From contig CALRAM010000004.1 in NCBI GenBank assembly GCA_943353165.1, forward strand, positions 1 through 56,846: a stretch of 56,846 nt of DNA, read 5' to 3'. Each line of letters starts with the position of its first letter. Position 1 is the first letter of the stretch. The position numbers and the translations under genes were made by a program. The notes beneath the pieces were generated by a model. It worked only from the letters and a program-made list of their open reading frames with translations. It ran no database searches and was not told the DNA's origin. Of this stretch, positions 52,126 through 56,846 are shown in pieces. The stretch comes from an uncultured Candidatus Saccharimonas sp. (lineage in GTDB: Bacteria > Patescibacteriota > Saccharimonadia > Saccharimonadales > OMJO01).

Positions 52126-52878
52126 ATGTCAGGACATAGCAAATGGAGCACAATAAAACGGCAAAAAGGCGTCAAAGATGCAGCCAGAGGCGCAGTTTTT
52201 ACTAGACTGGGTAACCTGATAGCTATAAGCGCGCGTGGTGGTACCGATCCATCGATGAACTTTTCGCTCAGGCTAGCAATAGACAAAGCAAAGGCCGCCA
52301 ATATGCCACTCAGCAACATAGAACGGGCCATAGACAGGGCAAAGGACAAGAACGCTGCCGAACTTCACGAGGTTTTGTACGAAGGCTACGGGCCAGGCGG
52401 AGTTGCTGTCTTGGTAGAGTGCGCCACGGACAATATTCATCGGACATATCCAGAAGTACGGCTGGCTTTTAGTAAACACGGTGGAAATATTGCAGAAAAA
52501 GGGTCGGTTGCTTTTCAGTTTGACCACAAGGGAATGATACGGGTCAAAGGTAGTGGCGACGAACTGATGATGCAAGCCTTAGAGGCAGGAGCGACAGATA
52601 TGCACGAAGAAGGCCACCCCGCTACGGACTCAGGGTCACGGGAGTCTGTCATTTATACAGAGCCAAAATCTTTGGCAAAAGTTCGCGATATTTTGCGTGA
52701 TGGAGGCGTAGATATTTTAGAAGCAGAGCTGACCTATGTGCCAAACAGCACAGTATCTATCGGCGACGTTGCGACAGCAGGCAAAATCATGAGGATGATG
52801 GAACGGCTAGAGGATTTGGACGATGTAACGACCACCCATGTCAATTTTGATATTCCAGAGGAATTCCTTGGCAGCTAA
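52126..52878 (+). CDS. YebC/PmpR family DNA-binding regulator
   Basis: MSGHSKWSTIKRQKGVKDAARG signature. 250 aa. Confidence 0.95.
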   Translation: MSGHSKWSTIKRQKGVKDAARGAVFTRLGNLIAISARGGTDPSMNFSLRLAIDKAKAANMPLSNIERAIDRAKDKNAAELHEVLYEGYGPGGVAVLVECATDNIHRTYPEVRLAFSKHGGNIAEKGSVAFQFDHKGMIRVKGSGDELMMQALEAGATDMHEEGHPATDSGSRESVIYTEPKSLAKVRDILRDGGVDILEAELTYVPNSTVSIGDVATAGKIMRMMERLEDLDDVTTTHVNFDIPEEFLGS

Positions 52879-53353
52879 TCGTCGAATTATCGGTATAGAC
52901 CCAGGTACAGGTATATTGGGTTTTGGGGTTATAGAGATTGATGCTAAGAAAAAGGCACATCTGGTAGACGCTGGAGTTATTCGTACGCCCATAAAGGAAG
53001 ACGATGCCATTCGGTTGTCGACTATTTATGACGAACTGACGGATATCATTACCAGTACAAAACCAACCCATATGTCCGTAGAAAAGCTGTTTTTTTCTAA
53101 AAATGTAACCACTGCGATGACTGTAGCGCAGGCTAGAGGGGTTGTCCTGCTGTGTGGCCAGCAAAATGGGCTAGAGATTTACGAATACACGCCGTTGCAA
53201 ATAAAGATGGCAGTTACGGGCTATGGCAAGGCCGACAAAAAGCAAGTTCAGGAAATGGTAAGAGTCATATTGGGGTTAAAAGAAGTGCCAAAACCAGATG
53301 ACTGTGCCGACGCCATAGCGGCGGCGCTGACACTTGCTCAGAGTGTGGCATAA
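52838..53353 (+). CDS. ruvC: crossover junction endodeoxyribonuclease RuvC
   Basis: IIGIDPGTGILGFGVI...VEKLFF...DCADAIAAAL. The real start may be the in-frame TTG at 52868, which would reduce the 41-nt overlap with yebC. Confidence 0.92.
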   Translation: MSILIFQRNSLAANRRIIGIDPGTGILGFGVIEIDAKKKAHLVDAGVIRTPIKEDDAIRLSTIYDELTDIITSTKPTHMSVEKLFFSKNVTTAMTVAQARGVVLLCGQQNGLEIYEYTPLQIKMAVTGYGKADKKQVQEMVRVILGLKEVPKPDDCADAIAAALTLAQSVA

Positions 53354-53362
53354 TATAGGCAT

Positions 53363-53944
53363 ATGATAGCAACACTTTCTGGCAAAATAGCCGAAAAACT
53401 GGGGGAACTAGTCGTTATTGACATTAACGGTGTGGGCTATGGTTTGCTGATGCCAGCCGAAGATTATGCAAATACTCCAAAAGACAAGGAAGTCAAAATC
53501 TATATATATGAACATATACGCGAAAATATTCACGACCTTTACGGATTCATATCAACAGACAGAAAAGGATTATTCGAACAGTTGCTAGGAGTAAACGGTG
53601 TAGGTCCAAAGATGGCGTTAAATATTTTGGGTATTGGTACAGCCACCGAACTGAGGTCTGCCATAGCAGGCGCCGATACCAAGTTTATCCAGGGCGCAGT
53701 CGGAGTAGGAAAGCGAGTCGCCGAGCGAGTAGTCATAGAGCTAAAAGACAAAGTAGGTTTGCTAGCTAGCACCCGAGCAGACGCCTTGTTGATGGGTTCA
53801 GAGGCAGGCAAACAAGACGATGCCGTCCAGGCATTGCTGGCACTTGGTTATGATTTGCCCGACGCTGTAAGTGCTATGGTGGGTATAGACGAATCCTTGT
53901 CCACCGAAGAAAGAATAAAACAAGCACTAAGGAATCAGTCCTAA
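53363..53944 (+). CDS. ruvA: Holliday junction helicase subunit RuvA
   Basis: MIATLSGKI...GVGYGL...[16 protein letters not shown] HhH motifs. Confidence 0.94.
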   Translation: MIATLSGKIAEKLGELVVIDINGVGYGLLMPAEDYANTPKDKEVKIYIYEHIRENIHDLYGFISTDRKGLFEQLLGVNGVGPKMALNILGIGTATELRSAIAGADTKFIQGAVGVGKRVAERVVIELKDKVGLLASTRADALLMGSEAGKQDDAVQALLALGYDLPDAVSAMVGIDESLSTEERIKQALRNQS

Positions 53945-54978
53945 TGATAGAGCGTATAGTTACTGGCAACGTCGTAGAAGACCCTGTAGAAATAGCCATG
54001 GAAGTTAGTTTGCGACCTCATGACTTTGCAAATTATATCGGCCAAAATCATCTAAAGAAAAATTTGCAGTTGGCAATTACTGCCGCCAAAAAGCGTGCAG
54101 AACCACTAGACCATGTCTTGCTGTATGGTCCACCAGGGCTGGGCAAAACCACTATGGCAACTGTCATCGCCAACGAAATGGGCGCTACGATTCGCGTTAC
54201 CAGCGGACCAGCCATCGAGCGTTCGGGCGACCTAGCTAGTATCCTGACAAATTTGCAGGACGGTGACATATTGTTTATCGACGAGATTCACAGACTTCAC
54301 AGAACAGTAGAGGAAGTTTTGTATAGTGCCATGGAAGATTTCAAGCTAGATATTATGATAGGCAAAGGTCCGAGCGCTAGGAGCCTGCGCCTAGATTTGC
54401 CAAAATTTACACTGATAGGAGCAACTACACGAACCGGTTCGCTGGCATCTCCACTGCGCGATCGTTTTGGTATGATTCATCGTCTAGAGTTTTACAAACC
54501 AGATGAAATTCAGCAGATTATTTTGCGTGCCGCCAAAATTCTAAATGTTGGCATAGACGAAGAGTCAGCCAAAATCTTGGCCACCAGAGCCAGGCTGACT
54601 CCACGAATTGCCAACAGACTACTAAAGCGAGTCCGCGATTATGCAGATGTAAATGGTGATGGCATCGTAGATACGAGCATTAGCCAAAAAGCCTTGGAAC
54701 TACTAGAAATAGACGATATGGGACTAGACCCAGCCGACCGTATGTTTCTGAATGCCATTATAGACAATTACAATGGCGGGCCAGTGGGTGTAGAAACTCT
54801 GTCGGCCTTAACTTCTGAAGAAAGAGGAACGATAGAGGACTTCTTTGAACCGTATCTGATGCAAATCGGGTTATTGGAACGCACTCCTCGTGGTCGAAAA
54901 GTTACCCCAAAGGCCTATAAACACCTAGGCAAAAAGGGCCAAGAATCCGACAAACCAGACCAGACTAATCTGGTATAA
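53944..54978 (+). CDS. ruvB: Holliday junction helicase subunit RuvB
   Basis: [30 protein letters not shown], and the RTPRGR sensor. Confidence 0.97.
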   Translation: MIERIVTGNVVEDPVEIAMEVSLRPHDFANYIGQNHLKKNLQLAITAAKKRAEPLDHVLLYGPPGLGKTTMATVIANEMGATIRVTSGPAIERSGDLASILTNLQDGDILFIDEIHRLHRTVEEVLYSAMEDFKLDIMIGKGPSARSLRLDLPKFTLIGATTRTGSLASPLRDRFGMIHRLEFYKPDEIQQIILRAAKILNVGIDEESAKILATRARLTPRIANRLLKRVRDYADVNGDGIVDTSISQKALELLEIDDMGLDPADRMFLNAIIDNYNGGPVGVETLSALTSEERGTIEDFFEPYLMQIGLLERTPRGRKVTPKAYKHLGKKGQESDKPDQTNLV

Positions 54979-54979
54979 T
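54971..54979 (+). promoter_or_regulatory. extended -10 box TGGTATAAT ending 6 nt before the next ATG (possible leaderless start)
   Basis: ctGGTATAATcatattATG. Overlaps the ruvB stop codon. Confidence 0.4.
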
Positions 54980-54985
54980 CATATT

Positions 54986-55708
54986 ATGGAACCACAACCG
55001 TTACCAAAAGACGATCGAATAGAAAATCTGCTAGAAGGCGAAGTAAAGATTATAGAAGTAAAGAGGCACCCTTTTGGGTTGATAGCGTTATATTTTCAAG
55101 TCATAGTTGGTGTTTGTCTGGCCTTTGTTTTAATATTGTTTCTGTCCCACAATATTTTTTCTGAGCTAAGTTCCTATGCCAGTATAGTTTCAATTGCCGG
55201 CATTTTGGTGCTGGGTTTGGTGCTGATAATATTGTTGATATCGACCTATTTGTACAATCAAAACAAACTGATTATCTCGACCAAAAACCTAACCCAAATC
55301 TTGCAAAAGGGTTTGTTTAACCGCGAAGTTTCCGAGCTGTCTATGGCTAATGTAGAAGATGTATCGGCAGAAAAAAAAGGCATATTTCAGACACTACTAA
55401 ATTATGGCAATCTGAAGATAGAGACAGCAGGTGCTATTAGTAATTTTCATTTTCCATATTGCCCTAGGCCTAGTTATTATGGAAAAATAATTTTGGACGC
55501 TCGTCAACGCTACATAGACAACGATCCTGATGCTGCGAAGAGAGCCAATGAAAAGCTAAACACCCCCAAAGTGCCTGCGCCGTCAGATGTATCCGAAGCT
55601 ACGCCTGCACCTGCACCAGTATCTGCACCTACAGCCTTATCTGTAGACCCCGAACCAGAAGTCCCCAACACCGCCCCGCCCGACAGAGGTCAACAGCCGT
55701 TAGTTTAG
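54986..55708 (+). CDS. membrane protein with a bacterial PH (YdbS/YdbT-like, DUF304) domain and a Pro/Ala-rich tail
   Basis: EGEVKIIEVKRHPFGL, then 2 TM helices, then ...SMANVEDVSAEKKGIFQTLLNYGNLKIETAG. Confidence 0.72.
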   Translation: MEPQPLPKDDRIENLLEGEVKIIEVKRHPFGLIALYFQVIVGVCLAFVLILFLSHNIFSELSSYASIVSIAGILVLGLVLIILLISTYLYNQNKLIISTKNLTQILQKGLFNREVSELSMANVEDVSAEKKGIFQTLLNYGNLKIETAGAISNFHFPYCPRPSYYGKIILDARQRYIDNDPDAAKRANEKLNTPKVPAPSDVSEATPAPAPVSAPTALSVDPEPEVPNTAPPDRGQQPLV

Positions 55709-56179
55709 GTTTTGTTTTTGGTATATTTCGCCAGATTCTAGGGTTGCCGATAGACTGTATTTTGTGCACTCTATAGATGTATTGTTGCAGTTGCCGTCAT
55801 TCGCCGCTTTTACCTGATATACGTAGCAATTACTCTTTGTCTCTAACGACATACCAACTGTGCCCTTTGTGTCGTAACATTTGGTAGTGCTATTCCATCG
55901 GGGGTCTTTGAGGGTGTTATCTTCTAGTCCTTTAGTGTTTGTGGCTCGCCAATTAGGATTGTTAAATTCTGACAATGAAGGGTATTTTGTCTTTGCCACA
56001 AAATATTTTTCCACTTGGGCTTGTAGCAAGGTGATGTCGCTCTTGCGTTCGTCGTCTCTACGTTTTGTCTGGATGTCCGTAAAGGTTGTGGCCACCAGAG
56101 TGCCCAAAAAGCCTATTACCACTACCACTACTAGCAGTTCTATTATAGTAAAGCCCTTTTCTGCTTTCTTTTTAATCAT
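55700..56179 (-). CDS. type IV pilin-like protein (prepilin N-terminal methylation motif)
   Basis: MIKKKAEKG|FTIIELLVVVVVIGFLGTLVA. 159 aa with C-terminal Cys residues. Confidence 0.85.
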   Translation of the reverse strand: MIKKKAEKGFTIIELLVVVVVIGFLGTLVATTFTDIQTKRRDDERKSDITLLQAQVEKYFVAKTKYPSLSEFNNPNWRATNTKGLEDNTLKDPRWNSTTKCYDTKGTVGMSLETKSNCYVYQVKAANDGNCNNTSIECTKYSLSATLESGEIYQKQNLN

Positions 56180-56349
56180 TTAGGCCAAACTTTCTGTTGT
56201 TTTTTACGGCAATACCAGTATTTATAAAGCTAATGTCTATTATAAGCATATGCCCAACTCCGTCAAGCAAAACAAAACCCTTACGCCTATTATAAATGTA
56301 GCTATAGTGCTATGCTTTAGGTAATAGATATTAATTTGTGGGGAGTACA

Positions 56350-56846
56350 TATTGTTATCATGAAGAAGTTTTTTCAATCACTACTCGCAACGCTCGTCGC
56401 TTTTAGCTCGATACTACTAATGCCAATACCAAAGGCCATGGCAGCTGTAGATATATGCACCTGGAACGGATCTGTCAGTGACTCATGGGCTAATGGTGCC
56501 AATTGGTCTGGCTGTGATGCTTCGGGTTTCCCAGAAAACGGCGACAGCGTTATATTCGATAACACTGCTGCAAATATCACATCCATCAATGACATCGCAT
56601 CGCTAACTCTAGCTAATGTCAGCATCATAGGCTCCAGCACTACTCACACTACCGAAATCGGCAGCGGGCTTACTTTCAGCATTGATGACAGTCTATCTAT
56701 TGATGCTAGCAACGTGACAATAGCCAACAATATTATTTTCAACAACTTAGACAGCGGCGACGGCATAAGAGTAAATACTATTGGCCTAACAAACATAGAG
56801 ATCAGCAGCAATTTAACACTTAATTCGCCATATGGTCATACTTTCG
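56350..56846 (+). CDS. secreted surface protein N-terminus (beta-helix/autotransporter-associated-repeat-like), truncated by the window edge
   Basis: Not in the ORF track. ATG at 56350 follows a GGGGAG RBS. MKKFFQSLLATLVAFSSILLMPIPKAMA|AVDICTWNGSVSDSWANGANWSGCDASGFPENGDSVIFDNTAANITSIN..., open to the end of the window. Confidence 0.75.

Noticed and set aside
1-56846. CRISPR arrays, IS elements/transposases, integrases, prophage genes, restriction-modification or toxin-antitoxin pairs, rRNA genes
   Set aside because: No regularly spaced repeats and no recognisable transposase, integrase, Cas, methylase or toxin motifs appear in any frame. The only repeats are the intragenic 44-mer and the tRNA-derived blocks.
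1-56846. Alternative genetic code (UGA=Gly, as in some CPR lineages)
   Set aside because: TGA terminates conserved genes at the expected lengths (for example the ATGA overlaps at 3246, 8878, 9324 and 12749), and no conserved gene is interrupted by in-frame TGA.

Overview
This is a gene-dense, moderately AT-rich bacterial chromosome segment. It uses the standard genetic code, since TGA/TAA/TAG all terminate well-conserved genes and there are many ATGA/TGATG stop-start overlaps. The gene content suggests a reduced-genome monoderm lineage such as Saccharibacteria/CPR, though this is inference and not proven: two type-IV-pilin-like genes, an LCP/WbaP/GT4/GtrA/UppP envelope set, compact HrcA/GrpE, and many lineage-specific secreted or membrane hypotheticals.

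Recognisable housekeeping genes:
- Envelope and cell wall: manC plus HAD/PMM-like, GT4, polyprenyl-P sugar transferase, LCP, gtrA-like, uppP, murC, murJ, FtsB/DivIC-like.
- Transport and redox: CPA2 antiporter, NRAMP, DsbA-like, CNNM/CBS, bcp.
- Translation and tRNA: aspS, dus, tilS, lepA.
- Proteostasis: ftsH and hrcA-grpE-dnaK-dnaJ with two CIRCE-like operators.
- Other: nadD, GGDEF protein, rimB-like plus rimK, comEC, yebC, ruvCAB.
- RNA genes: four tRNAs, of which three carry a CAU anticodon (Ile2-like, initiator, elongator Met) and one is Lys-UUU.

No CRISPR array, transposase, integrase or rRNA was seen.

Most notable non-routine signals:
1. A compact cobalamin-riboswitch-like leader with a terminator/antiterminator platform sits in front of an uncharacterised 452-aa zinc-ribbon protein that is translationally coupled to nadD.
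2. A bona fide Pup (prokaryotic ubiquitin-like protein) homologue ending in GGE has no pafA/dop/mpa/proteasome genes nearby.
3. An intact initiator tRNA is embedded between blocks of a second tRNA-fMet-like sequence interrupted by GC-rich hairpin insertions. The tRNA-Lys locus is similarly odd and shares a promoter-spacer motif with it.
4. A 26-aa ORF has a consensus promoter, a palindromic operator and a terminator.
5. A GGDEF / RimB-like / RimK neighbourhood.

Two edge-truncated ORFs missing from the supplied ORF track (1..1478 minus, 56350..56846 plus) were found by reading the sequence.
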